Positions 46,994-56,704 are shown, counted from the first letter of the stretch. The stretch is DNA of 64,000 nt from a candidate division FCPU426 bacterium (GCA_963719085.1 CAVRAL010000004.1:704001-768000); one strand, 5' to 3'. Program-made: numbers and translations. The notes: generated by a model from the sequence alone, not told the origin.

Positions 46994-48385
46994 TTAGAAG
47001 GAAGAGGAATGCCGGTCCGTTAGGTTTTTCTTAAGATTGGAAACTTCCGCCAACAAAGTGGCGTCGGTCTGGCACAAATCGTCGATTTTCTCGTAAGCGT
47101 GGATGATGGTCGTATGGTCTTTTCCCCCGAAGGCGGCTCCGATTTCGGTCAAGGAGTGCGCGGTAAGTTCCCGGGTGAGATACATGGCGATCTGACGGGG
47201 AAAAGCGATTTGCTTCGTGCGTTTCTTTGATTTCATATCGGAAAACTTGCAGTTATACCTTTCGGCCACCAATCGTTGGATGGTGTCCACCGAGATGCGT
47301 TTTTCCTCATTGGGAAGGGCGTCTTTAAGGACTTCTTTTACCAGCTCAAGCGTGATCTCTTGGCGGGTCAAGGATGCGAAAGCGATGACCCGGAGCATGG
47401 AACCTTCCAGCTCGCGGATATTGGCTTTGACATGATGGGCGATGAACAAGGTGACCTCATTGGGCACCAAGATTCCCTCGCTTTCGGCTTTTTTACGGAG
47501 GATGGCGATCCGGGTTTCAAGGTCCGGTTCTTGGATATCGGTGATCAACCCCATCTCAAAACGGTTGCGAAGCCGTTCTTCCAAGCGAATTTCCTTGGGA
47601 TGGCTGTCTGAAGTGGCCACGATTTGCTTTTGCTCCTCATAGAGCACGTTGAAGGTATGGAAAAACTCTTCTTGGGTGGCTTCCTTGCCTTCCCAAAATT
47701 GGATGTCATCAATCAAGAGCACGTCGACGGTTCGGTATTTGTTCCTGAAATCCTGCTGCCGGCCGGATTGAATGGATTGGATGAAGTCATTCATGAACTT
47801 CTCAGATGAGATATAGAGAACCTTAATATTGGGGTTTTGCTCGACCACGTAATTGCCGATGGCTTGAAGTAAGTGGGTTTTTCCAAGGCCGACTCCCCCG
47901 TATATAAAAAGAGGGTTGTAAGAGCGGGCGGGCGCCTCCGCGACAGCCAAACAAGCCGCGTGGGCGAACCGATTGCTGTTGCCGACGACAAAACTCTCAA
48001 AATTAAACTTGCCGTTGAGGATAATTTCAGAATCCGAAGAAACCCGGCTGGGGCTCGGCATGGTCAAGGTTGGCTTTTCGATAACTTCCAGGGTGGAAGG
48101 GGCGGCCACCGAAGCCCTTGCGGGGCTTTCGGGGGAAGCGTTTTGGATCTCAAATTGGATTTCCAATTGAACCGGATGGACTAGTTTGAGGGCCTTTTGA
48201 ATTTGGGGCTGGTAATGGTCCCGGATCCAGTCACGGAAAAACTCGTTGGGAACCTTGATTTGAAGGGTCTTCTCGTCCAATAAGGAAGCCTGCGTTGCCT
48301 TAAACCAGGTCTCGTAGCTCTGGCGGTTTAAGTCTTTTTTGAGGTTTTCGAGACAAAGACCCCATACATCCACTGGACCAGTCAT
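46994..48385 (-). CDS. dnaA: Chromosomal replication initiator
   Basis: YNPLFIYGGVGLGKTHL, LLIDDIQ, QEEFFHTFN, NIRELEG, RQIAMYL, DHTT; GGAGGT RBS before ATG 48385. Confidence 0.99.
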   Translation of the reverse strand: MTGPVDVWGLCLENLKKDLNRQSYETWFKATQASLLDEKTLQIKVPNEFFRDWIRDHYQPQIQKALKLVHPVQLEIQFEIQNASPESPARASVAAPSTLEVIEKPTLTMPSPSRVSSDSEIILNGKFNFESFVVGNSNRFAHAACLAVAEAPARSYNPLFIYGGVGLGKTHLLQAIGNYVVEQNPNIKVLYISSEKFMNDFIQSIQSGRQQDFRNKYRTVDVLLIDDIQFWEGKEATQEEFFHTFNVLYEEQKQIVATSDSHPKEIRLEERLRNRFEMGLITDIQEPDLETRIAILRKKAESEGILVPNEVTLFIAHHVKANIRELEGSMLRVIAFASLTRQEITLELVKEVLKDALPNEEKRISVDTIQRLVAERYNCKFSDMKSKKRTKQIAFPRQIAMYLTRELTAHSLTEIGAAFGGKDHTTIIHAYEKIDDLCQTDATLLAEVSNLKKNLTDRHSSSF

Positions 48386-48454
48386 CCACAAACCTCCCGA
48401 ACGTTAAAAGACATTTAAAACCAACAAAAAGGGGCGAAATGAGATCGGCTGCGA

Positions 48455-48740
48455 ATTTATCCCCTGTTTATCCCCAGTTTATGGGGAGAGCTCTTGAGCA
48501 CTAAATCAAACCAGCGTGGTAAGGATTGGTAAATCAGTTATTCACAATTGTGTATGGTTTGTGGATAACCCAACCGGTGGTAGAAAGCCCAGTCAAAAAA
48601 GAGTTTTTGAAATTTTTGGTCTTTCGGTTTTTAAAAATTTTTAATTTCGATTTTTTGAAGCGGCCAAAAAAGCTTATCGTTTAAGGCTTTTTCGAGTGAT
48701 TCAAAAAGTCATGCACAGATTATCCACGTATCCACAAGTT
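48455..48740. promoter_or_regulatory. oriC part upstream of dnaA: DnaA-box cluster
   Basis: TTATCCCCT 48457, TTATCCCCA 48468, TTATTCACA 48538, TGTGGATAA 48560, TCATGCACA 48709, TTATCCACG 48720, GTATCCACA 48728. Confidence 0.85.
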
Positions 48741-48932
48741 CGGCGCTTCGGGAGTTGAGTTTTTGGATTTGATTTTCAGTTTCGTCCAAAAATTTTCGAA
48801 ATCGTGATTTGCTTCTCTCTATTTAAATCTTTTTCCAGCGAAGTCAAGAAAATTATCGGGATTTTAAAATTCTTTTTTTAAAAATTTTCTATTGAATCCA
48901 AAAATATTTTTTTAACTTTTTACCGCCGCTCA

Positions 48933-49676
48933 TTAAGTTTCCGCGAGCCGCGAATCTAAAATTTGAAAAATAAATTCATCCGCCGCGCCTAAGGGCGGGG
49001 CCATAAATAGTTTAACCGCCGGATTTTCAATTTGAAAATTCCGAAGGGTCTCTTTTATTTTTTCCAAAAAGTTTCCGGGAAACAAAAGATAGGGCGCGAC
49101 CCAAATCTCATTCAAATGATTTTCCAATTTGATTCGTTCCAGGGCCTCGCTTAAGGAAGGCGCGCCTAGGCCGATAAAACAAGGCGTGATTCCCGCCGTT
49201 GGTTTTTTTTGACGCAGGAGCGAAGCCAATTCTTCCAAGAGTCCTTGGGCTTCGGTTTCCCGGGCGCCGTGGCCTACCAAGAGGGCGCTTTTACCGCCGG
49301 GATCGCTCGGATATCCGGCGGACGCCAGCCGGGCCAAGACCAGCTCGGCCATGGCGGAAGAAATTCCCAGCGAAGGCCCCAATTGAAATTGAGTTTGAGG
49401 GTATTTTTCTTGGACGCGTTGAATGGTTTCGGGGACATCTTTTTTTAAATGCGATCCGGAAAAAAGAAACAAAGGAAGAATTCGTACCATGTTGAAATTT
49501 TGGGCGGCTTTTTCCAATTCCGAATTAAAAGACGGTTCGGCCAATTCCAAATACCCGAAGCAAACGGTAATTTCAGGGTGCCGGGTTTGATAAGCCTCGG
49601 CGCATTTTTTCATTTCCAAGTCCGCCGAAGAATCCCGGCTTCCGTGGCTGAGCAATAAGACACAAGTCTTCGACAT
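48933..49676 (-). CDS. cbiX: Sirohydrochlorin chelatase, two-domain CbiX/SirB
   Basis: HGSRD, YLELAEPS, PLFLFSGSHLKKD, second HGAR/PYLLFPG half. Confidence 0.82.
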   Translation of the reverse strand: MSKTCVLLLSHGSRDSSADLEMKKCAEAYQTRHPEITVCFGYLELAEPSFNSELEKAAQNFNMVRILPLFLFSGSHLKKDVPETIQRVQEKYPQTQFQLGPSLGISSAMAELVLARLASAGYPSDPGGKSALLVGHGARETEAQGLLEELASLLRQKKPTAGITPCFIGLGAPSLSEALERIKLENHLNEIWVAPYLLFPGNFLEKIKETLRNFQIENPAVKLFMAPPLGAADEFIFQILDSRLAET

Positions 49677-49689
49677 AAAATTCCAGCTC

Positions 49690-50418
49690 CTAATTTAAAA
49701 GCCCCAGGCCCGCTAGCGCCAAAAGACCGGTTTCGGTGAGCTCAATTAAAGCGCCCAATCCATCCCCGGTGACTTCGCCGATTTGACGGCGGGAAAGAAA
49801 AGTCCAAATAAAATTAAACCCGATCGTGAAAATCAACGCCGCCAAAGCCGGCCCGGGCCTCCAAAAAAAACCGGGAATGATAAAAAGACAGGAGACGATA
49901 AAAAACGGCGGCCGCAAACCGAACAAGGCCGAAGCCAGACCTTTATATTTGGAACGGGGCGGATGAAGGAAGCAAGCCAACCCCACGGACCAGCGCGCCA
50001 TCATCGGGATCAGCGGAAACCAGGGCCAGGCGGCGGGTTTTAAAAACAAAAGCTGAAGAAAAACATATTTTGAAATCAAAAGTAAAAAAACACCCACGGT
50101 TCCATACGTGCCTATGGCGGGGTCTTTCATAATCTTGAACTTTTGCGCGGGCGTCCGTCCCCCCAGCCACCCGTCCAGACAATCCGCCAATCCGTCCAAA
50201 TGAAAGCTGAAGGTGAGAAGGACCCAGGTTAAAAGCGCGAACAAGGCTTGAACCGAAACGGGTACCGGCCAGAGATGATGGAGGAATAAAAGAAATCCCA
50301 GCGCCGCGCCGATCGGCGGATAGAAAACGAGGGAAGTTCTTAAATCCTTCGGCGTCCAATTTTTAACGGGGGCGGGGAAAGGCGTCAGGGTGGATAAAGC
50401 GATCCAAAAAGACTTCAT
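49690..50418 (-). CDS. cobS: Adenosylcobinamide-GDP ribazoletransferase (cobalamin synthase)
   Basis: HLDGLADCLDG, IMKDPAIGTYG, GEVTGDGLGA. Confidence 0.93.
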   Translation of the reverse strand: MKSFWIALSTLTPFPAPVKNWTPKDLRTSLVFYPPIGAALGFLLFLHHLWPVPVSVQALFALLTWVLLTFSFHLDGLADCLDGWLGGRTPAQKFKIMKDPAIGTYGTVGVFLLLISKYVFLQLLFLKPAAWPWFPLIPMMARWSVGLACFLHPPRSKYKGLASALFGLRPPFFIVSCLFIIPGFFWRPGPALAALIFTIGFNFIWTFLSRRQIGEVTGDGLGALIELTETGLLALAGLGLLN

Positions 50419-50452
50419 GGGTTCCTTTGAAGAGCGCAAAGTGAAAGAGGGG

Positions 50453-51544
50453 TTAAGAAGGCGAAGAAGTTTTTCGGGTCGTCTTTTTATTTTTCAGCCG
50501 GGTAGGAACCTTGGCGCTGGAAAAAGTGGCCATTTCCCGATGGGCGCGGACGGCCGCCTCTAATAAAGGAAGCGCCAGGGCGGCGCCGCTGCCTTCGCCC
50601 AGGCGCATCTTGAGGTTCAAAAGAGGCTCTGTTTCAAGCGTTTCGAAGAACTTGGTGTGGCCCGGCTCTTCGGAGCGATGGGAAAAAAAGCAAAAATCAC
50701 GGACTTGAGGGCTCAAGCGGTAAGCCACCAGAAAAGCCGCGGAGGTAATGAAGCCGTCCACGACGACCGGAATTCGATTCTTCGCGCTTCCTAAAACGAC
50801 GCCCGTCAAGGTCGCGATTTCCAATCCGCCGACCGATCGAAGCGCTTCCAAAGGCTTGGAAGGGGTTAACGCGTAACGCCTCAAGGCGTCCGAGATGATC
50901 TTGCATTTAATCATCCAGTGGGCGCGGTCGATGCCGGTTCCAAAACCCGTCACATCTTCCACCGCGCAGGGTAAAAGCGAGGCCATTAACGCCGCCGCCG
51001 AGGTGGTGTTTCCAATTCCCATTTCGCCCAAAGCGATCCATTGAACTTTGTCTTTTTTCGCTTGGTCCGCCAATTGAATTCCCAGCGCGAGAGCTTTGTC
51101 GCGTTCTTCCCGCGTCATGGCGGCTTCCACTTTAAAATTTCGGGTTCCGAAGCGGATTTTCGCGTTTCTTAATTGAGGATGCGCGGGCAAATCGGCGTTG
51201 ACGCCCGCGTCCACCACTAGGACCTCGGCTCCGGCCTGGCCGGCCAAGGCGTTGATGGCGCCGCCACCCTTAAGAAAATTCAACACCATCATGGGGGTGA
51301 CCGAGGCGGGAAAAGCGGAAACACCCTCGGCTGCCACTCCGTGGTCGGCGGCGCAAAGAATCACGCGTTTTTTACCCAGCGCGGGGAGGGGACTGCGCGT
51401 GATACCCGCCACTTGAATCGCGATGGATTCCAGGACGCCTAAGCTGTGAAGGGGCTTGGTTAAATGATCCTGGTGTTGGCGCGCCTTTTTCATGCTCGGA
51501 AGATGAAGCGGGCGGATGGCCTTGAGGACTTTGGAAAGGTTCAT
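50453..51544 (-). CDS. cobT: Nicotinate-nucleotide dimethylbenzimidazole phosphoribosyltransferase
   Basis: LTKP..SLG.LE, ADHGV, GEMGIGNTT, DGFI, MRLGEGSGA, MATF. Confidence 0.95.
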   Translation of the reverse strand: MNLSKVLKAIRPLHLPSMKKARQHQDHLTKPLHSLGVLESIAIQVAGITRSPLPALGKKRVILCAADHGVAAEGVSAFPASVTPMMVLNFLKGGGAINALAGQAGAEVLVVDAGVNADLPAHPQLRNAKIRFGTRNFKVEAAMTREERDKALALGIQLADQAKKDKVQWIALGEMGIGNTTSAAALMASLLPCAVEDVTGFGTGIDRAHWMIKCKIISDALRRYALTPSKPLEALRSVGGLEIATLTGVVLGSAKNRIPVVVDGFITSAAFLVAYRLSPQVRDFCFFSHRSEEPGHTKFFETLETEPLLNLKMRLGEGSGAALALPLLEAAVRAHREMATFSSAKVPTRLKNKKTTRKTSSPS

Positions 51545-51619
51545 GAAGGGGATTATTTCATCCGGGCCGGGGCAAGTCATTAACAAAAATTGCGGAGGAA
51601 AAAGAGAAAGGCGCGGTTT

Positions 51620-52234
51620 TTAGCGTTTGCGGCGCATATTTCTTAAGCGGGATTTATAGCGTTCGGAATAAACCTCAAGCGGCTCAGGCTTGAGCGGGGA
51701 AAGCCAATAGGCGGCCTTGGATTTGGGTTTTCCAATTTGGCTCAAGATGCGGGTTTGATGCCGGTAAGAATAATCCAATTGGGATTGTATCCAAATTTTG
51801 CTCTTTTTATTCCGAATGGCCCAAAGCAGATAATGGTGGATCAAGAGTTTGTAAGGGAAATGGGTTTGCCAAAGGCCGATCAACTTCTGGCTTTCGTCCG
51901 AAGACAGCCGGGGCTTCACGGCGAATTTTTGATAGAAGGCGTAAAAGCGCTTCTCAAAAGAACTTTTTTGTTTTTCCGAGAGGGTTTGCCAAGCGTGGCG
52001 TAATTTGACCGATTTACGCGAATAGCCCAGCTTTAAAAAATGGCCTTGGATGGTATTGCGGTGGATCTTCAGCGCGGCGGCGGTCTTAATGATGTTGCCG
52101 TCGTACACCACGAACCAGTTCAAAAAATAATGTTTTTCCAAATCATCGGGGAAAAGACCCCGCTGCCACAAACGGTTCAACGTTAACAACCCGTCCCGCC
52201 ATTTTGGAATTGAAACAGAATTTTTTAATTTCAT
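51620..52234 (-). CDS. Basic hypothetical protein with Fis-like HTH and an internal repeat
   Basis: LEKHY..GNIIKTAAALKIHRNT..KLG resembles the Fis/HTH_8 motif. Confidence 0.6.
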   Translation of the reverse strand: MKLKNSVSIPKWRDGLLTLNRLWQRGLFPDDLEKHYFLNWFVVYDGNIIKTAAALKIHRNTIQGHFLKLGYSRKSVKLRHAWQTLSEKQKSSFEKRFYAFYQKFAVKPRLSSDESQKLIGLWQTHFPYKLLIHHYLLWAIRNKKSKIWIQSQLDYSYRHQTRILSQIGKPKSKAAYWLSPLKPEPLEVYSERYKSRLRNMRRKR

Positions 52235-52351
52235 TGAGGGGCCATTTGTAAACGATGACGGATTGGTTTGTAAAGGCTTTGCGGGGTGAAAACGCCGAAA
52301 AAATAAGGGGAATTTGTCAAACGTGGGGGCTAAGCAACAACTGTAAAAAAA

Positions 52352-52894
52352 TTATTTTATTTTTTGGGCAATACCGGCCACCAGAAAATAAATATCGCTG
52401 GAAACTTCGGCGATGGACTGGTTGAGCTTTCCTTGCAGATCCCGGAAGTCCCGGCCCAAGGAAGTCTCGGGAACCAGCCCCAAGCCCACTTCATTGGAGA
52501 CAAAAAGGACGCGGCCGGTGAGTCTCAACATTTCTTTTTGAAGGTCATCGATTTTTTTCTCGATCGACTCGGGGGAAAGCGCGGGGCCGCCCATGCCGCA
52601 AAGCAGGTTGGAGAGCCAAAGCGTCAAACAATCCACCACCACGAAGGACTGGTCTTGGCAGGCGGTTTTTTGAAGAAGCTTTAGAAGATCATAAGGCTCC
52701 TCTTGGGTTTTCCAGCCGGAAGGGCGGTCTTTTTGATGCTTTTGAATCCGAATTCTCATCTCATCATCTTGAGCCGTCGCGGTGGCGATGAAGTAATGCT
52801 CTTGGGAAGAAGGCACCGGGGGATTCAGCCGAAGGGCAAACCGGGACTTCCCCGACCGGGCGCCGCCCAAAATAAGGGTTACTTGAGGGTTCAT
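52352..52894 (-). CDS. cobU: Adenosylcobinamide kinase/guanylyltransferase
   Basis: LGGARSGKS, IATA..DDEM..RI..HQ, VDCLTLW, VSNEVG, FRDLQG. Confidence 0.95.
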   Translation of the reverse strand: MNPQVTLILGGARSGKSRFALRLNPPVPSSQEHYFIATATAQDDEMRIRIQKHQKDRPSGWKTQEEPYDLLKLLQKTACQDQSFVVVDCLTLWLSNLLCGMGGPALSPESIEKKIDDLQKEMLRLTGRVLFVSNEVGLGLVPETSLGRDFRDLQGKLNQSIAEVSSDIYFLVAGIAQKIK

Positions 52895-52943
52895 GCTGTG
52901 GTTGTAACATGGTCTTGGGGCCACGCCAAGCCTTGATCCTGGA

Positions 52944-52973
52944 TTGACGTTTTTAGGAGGACTAAGATACAAT
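52944..52973 (+). promoter_or_regulatory. sigma70 promoter of the rpmH operon
   Basis: TTGACG-N18-TACAAT about 50 nt upstream of rpmH. Confidence 0.7.
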
Positions 52974-53024
52974 TAACGCTCTTTTTCCCCTCAGGGACAG
53001 AAGTAATATAAAGGATAGGATTGC

Positions 53025-53162
53025 ATGAAAAGAACCTTTCAACCAAATAAGCGCAAGCGCCAAAAAGTCCATGGTTTTCGCAGCCGTATGAAAACCGTCG
53101 GTGGGCGCCGGGTTTTGAGCGCGCGTCGTAAAAAAAGCCGTTTAAGGGTGAGTGTCCAATAG
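53025..53162 (+). CDS. rpmH: 50S ribosomal protein L34 (below the ORF-track cutoff)
   Basis: Manual translation [45 protein letters not shown]. Confidence 0.98.
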   Translation: MKRTFQPNKRKRQKVHGFRSRMKTVGGRRVLSARRKKSRLRVSVQ

Positions 53163-53181
53163 GACCTCTGTTGGTTTAAGC

Positions 53182-53556
53182 ATGAAAAAGAAAAAATCGG
53201 GTTTTCCAAAATCCGAAAGGCTCAAGCGGTCCAACGAATTTAAGGCGGTTTTTGAAAAATGCCGAAAAGTAGAGGATTCCGTTTTAGCCCTTTATGTGCA
53301 GCTAAGTGAAGACGCTCAATTAAGGAAGTTCGGTGTTTCGTTGGGGAGGGCCCATGGAAAAGCCCATCTTCGAAATCGCTTGAAACGCCGCTTAAGAGAA
53401 ATTTATCGGGTGGAACGGAATCGTTTCCGGGGCGGGTATCAGATTATTTTGTTACCCCGCCGCGGAAGCGTTCAACGCCCCTTCGATGAGCTGAAGAAAT
53501 CTTTTTTAACGCTCTCGACGAAGGCGGGCCTACTCCCCCGGACGATGTCCGAATAG
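53182..53556 (+). CDS. rnpA: Ribonuclease P protein component
   Basis: ERLKRSNEF, GKAHLRNRLKRRLRE; position after rpmH. Confidence 0.95.
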   Translation: MKKKKSGFPKSERLKRSNEFKAVFEKCRKVEDSVLALYVQLSEDAQLRKFGVSLGRAHGKAHLRNRLKRRLREIYRVERNRFRGGYQIILLPRRGSVQRPFDELKKSFLTLSTKAGLLPRTMSE

Positions 53557-53604
53557 GTTCATTCAATACCTCAAGGACTTGATCTCCTCATCAGAGATTG
53601 AACG

Positions 53605-53835
53605 GTGATGAAAATGGACAAACTAATGAAGCATGGGCTCCTAATAATGATACGGGGATATCAAATGTTGATTTCGCCTTATTTACCTCCCGCGTGCCGG
53701 TTTTCGCCCACTTGCTCCGAATATACCCATCAAGCCATTCGTAAATACGGTGTTTTAAAAGGCTTGGGGCTGGGTTTAAAGCGTTTGAGCCGTTGTCATC
53801 CCCTATCGGCCGGAGGATTCCACCCCGTTTCCTAA
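53605..53835 (+). CDS. yidD: Membrane protein insertion efficiency factor
   Basis: YQMLISP..CRFSPTCSEY..RCHP..GG. Confidence 0.96.
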   Translation: MMKMDKLMKHGLLIMIRGYQMLISPYLPPACRFSPTCSEYTHQAIRKYGVLKGLGLGLKRLSRCHPLSAGGFHPVS

Positions 53836-53855
53836 TTTTTGAACGGGGGCCTTTT

Positions 53856-55568
53856 TTGGAAAATCAAAGCCGCAGATTAATTACCTTCATTGTTGTGTCG
53901 ATCGCTATTTATTTTCTTTTTTACCGTTTTTTCCCCCAACCGGTTTCTTCGCCTTCCGTGAACGCCGGCGCGCAAGCCACGCCTGTCGCGACCGCCGCCG
54001 TCCCGTCCTCGCAGCCCGCCCTCGCGAAAGTTCATTCGATGACTTTCGCCCAAAAGCCAAAGGTTTCGGTGGCGGCCACCAGCGTCACCATCGGGACGGA
54101 TGAATATACGGCCGTCTTTTCCAATCAAGGCGCGGTCCTGACCAGCTTCGAACTTAAAAAATATCCAAACCGCCAAACCGGCCAACCCATTCAATTGGTG
54201 AATCAAGATCCGGCCCATCCCAAGCCCTTTACGTTAAGTGACGACGCGCTTCCCGATCTCACCCAACTCACATTCGAGATCAAGGGTTCCTCGAAGACGC
54301 TTTCGAATAACGAGGAAACCGATCTGGTTTTTCGAACCATGACTTCCACCGGGACTTTGGTCGAGAAGAAGTTTCATTTTAAGAACGGAAGTTATCTGAT
54401 CGGTTTTGACCTCACGATCGGCCAAAGCCACGGCGAGTTGGCGGCCAGCCCCTTAGGTGTGGAATGGGCCGATACCTTGGGCGCGGAGGAAAATACCGGC
54501 ACCCAATCGCGGGTCACCGGTTATCAAGTGGCCACGAATTCGGGCCAGAACATCACTTGGGAAAAGGCTAAAAAATCCCAGGAAAGCACCGAAATTCCCG
54601 AACCCATTATTTGGACTTCTTTGTCCAATCAGTTTTTCGTCGCGGCTTTAATTCCGGACGCTTCCACCGGGGGCGCTTCGGCCAAAATTGTCCGGGATTA
54701 TAACGTGTTCAAGGAACCCACTCCCGAAAACCCCAATCCGGGGCTGGATTTAAAAACCTTCGCGCCCCGCCCGATTTTGGTTTTTCAGGGACAAGCTTTA
54801 AAAGCCGGCCAAAGTTTCGAGCGAAAGGGCCAAGTCTTTCTGGGGCCCAAGAATTATGACCTGTTAAAAACCATGAACCTGCAGTTGGAGAAGGTGGTGG
54901 ACTTCGGGATATTCAAGTTCATCAGCGTTTATATGCTGCAGCTGCTGATCTGGTTTGACGGGTTCTGCCACAACTGGGGATTGGCGATTATTCTTTTGTC
55001 TATCCTGGTGAAATTGCTTTTGTGGTTCCCCACCCACGCCAGTTACAAAAGCATGTACCTCACCCAGCAAAAAATGAAAGAAATCCAGCCCAAGATCGAC
55101 GCGATTAAACGTAAGTACGCGGACGATAAGGAAAGGCAAAACAAGGAAACCCAAGAGCTTTACGCCAAGGCCGGCATTAATCCGCTGGGCGGGTGTTTGC
55201 CGATGGTTTTCCAGATTCCCATCTTTATCGCGCTTTATTCCACTTTGTCGCACACCATAGAGTTGCGTGGCGCTTCTTTCCTTTGGTTGAAAGACTTAAC
55301 GTTGATGGATTCGACGCACGTGTTACCCCTGCTCATGGGAGCTTCCATGATTGTTCAGCAGAGGGTGTCCGGACAGGCCGCGAGTAACGCGCCTGGTCAA
55401 CAAAAATTTATGATGTGGTTTTTTCCGATCTTTCTGACGGTTTTCTCACTCCAATGGCCCTCCGGGCTTTTGATTTATTGGGTGGTGACGAACCTGCTGT
55501 CCATCGTGCAGCAAAAAGAAGTGAATCGGGAAATTAAAAAGGAAAAGAAGAAAGAAGAGGCATTATGA
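53856..55568 (+). CDS. yidC: Membrane protein insertase YidC with periplasmic domain
   Basis: GPK, NWGLAIILL, NPLGGCLP, QIPIF, WLKDL, GLLIYW; TTG 53856 chosen after the yidD stop. Confidence 0.96.
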   Translation: MENQSRRLITFIVVSIAIYFLFYRFFPQPVSSPSVNAGAQATPVATAAVPSSQPALAKVHSMTFAQKPKVSVAATSVTIGTDEYTAVFSNQGAVLTSFELKKYPNRQTGQPIQLVNQDPAHPKPFTLSDDALPDLTQLTFEIKGSSKTLSNNEETDLVFRTMTSTGTLVEKKFHFKNGSYLIGFDLTIGQSHGELAASPLGVEWADTLGAEENTGTQSRVTGYQVATNSGQNITWEKAKKSQESTEIPEPIIWTSLSNQFFVAALIPDASTGGASAKIVRDYNVFKEPTPENPNPGLDLKTFAPRPILVFQGQALKAGQSFERKGQVFLGPKNYDLLKTMNLQLEKVVDFGIFKFISVYMLQLLIWFDGFCHNWGLAIILLSILVKLLLWFPTHASYKSMYLTQQKMKEIQPKIDAIKRKYADDKERQNKETQELYAKAGINPLGGCLPMVFQIPIFIALYSTLSHTIELRGASFLWLKDLTLMDSTHVLPLLMGASMIVQQRVSGQAASNAPGQQKFMMWFFPIFLTVFSLQWPSGLLIYWVVTNLLSIVQQKEVNREIKKEKKKEEAL

Positions 55569-56704
55569 GACCCTATTCAAATTCAAATCAAAACAGCGGC
55601 CGCCCCAGTGGGAATGGAAACGGGAACCGCCAATCCTCTGGCAACAAGCCGGGTTATGACCGGCCCAGTGGATATTCGAACCGCGAAAATCGCGGCGGAC
55701 GCAGTGAGAATCGATCCGACCGGGAACACCGCGGCAGTGGTAACAGCGGCAACAGTTCTTCGCGCAGCCATGGATTTCGCCCGGACCGCAATAATTCCTA
55801 TCGGGACCGTGAACCGTCCCAGGGCCGGGGCAATTCTTATCGTCCCGCGGATCGGGATCGGAATTCCTCAGCTCCCCGGGGGCCCCGCAGTTCTTGGGTC
55901 GAAGTGACCGGTAAAGGAACCGAGGAAGCCATTCAAGAAGCGTTGCGGCGTTTTAATGTCAGCCGTAATGACTTGAACATTGAAGTTCTCGAGGAAGGAA
56001 GCAAAGGCTTCTTAGGAATCGGCTCCAAGCCCGCCAAGGTGAAGGTGGCTTTGAAATCCAACGCCGTGATGCCTTTCGCCGAGAGTGTGTTGGCTCGGTT
56101 GTTGGGGGCCATGGGATTGCCGGATAAGGTGAAGAGCCAAAAGGATTCGGATGGAAATCCGGTTTTGAACATCCTCGGCCCTTCCAGCGGAACCCTGATC
56201 GGCCGGCACGGCCACACTTTGGAATCGCTTCAATATTTGGTTTCCAAGGTGGTTCAACGGATGACCGGTGATGATCACGTGATCATCGTGGTGGACGTTG
56301 AGAATTACCTGGAGCGCCAAAAAGAAAAGTTGAAGGAACTGGCCCAGAATCTCGCGCAAAAAGCCCGAGAGACGGGGTCCGAGATTCCCATGCGGCCCAT
56401 GAGCTCTAAAGACCGCCGGGTGGTCCACTTGACGTTGAAAGAAGACGAGCATGTCACCACCGAAAGCCGGGGCGAGGGATTGCGCCGCCGGGTGGTGATT
56501 ATTCCCAAAGTGAAGGCGGTCGCTGCCGCCCCGTCCGCTTCGACGGGCGCCTCGGCCCAAGAAGGGCTTTCAGATAACGGAAACTCCTCCGAAGCCCCGC
56601 TTCCTTATTCACCGGAATCGATCGCCCAGCCGGAAGTTTCGATGAATGTGGCGCCGCCGCCGGTCGTGCACGACGAAGAAGAGGATACCTTCGGAAATCG
56701 TTAA
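55565..56704 (+). CDS. jag: Jag/EloR/KhpB RNA-binding protein (Jag_N, KH, R3H) with disordered tails
   Basis: TGKGTEEAI, GSKGFLGIG, LIGRHGHTLESLQYL, PMSSKDRRVVH, SRGEG. Confidence 0.93.
   Translation: MRPYSNSNQNSGRPSGNGNGNRQSSGNKPGYDRPSGYSNRENRGGRSENRSDREHRGSGNSGNSSSRSHGFRPDRNNSYRDREPSQGRGNSYRPADRDRNSSAPRGPRSSWVEVTGKGTEEAIQEALRRFNVSRNDLNIEVLEEGSKGFLGIGSKPAKVKVALKSNAVMPFAESVLARLLGAMGLPDKVKSQKDSDGNPVLNILGPSSGTLIGRHGHTLESLQYLVSKVVQRMTGDDHVIIVVDVENYLERQKEKLKELAQNLAQKARETGSEIPMRPMSSKDRRVVHLTLKEDEHVTTESRGEGLRRRVVIIPKVKAVAAAPSASTGASAQEGLSDNGNSSEAPLPYSPESIAQPEVSMNVAPPPVVHDEEEDTFGNR

Noticed and set aside
52235..53024. Cobalamin riboswitch before cob genes
   Set aside because: No recognisable B12-box; intergenic space is short and holds divergent promoters
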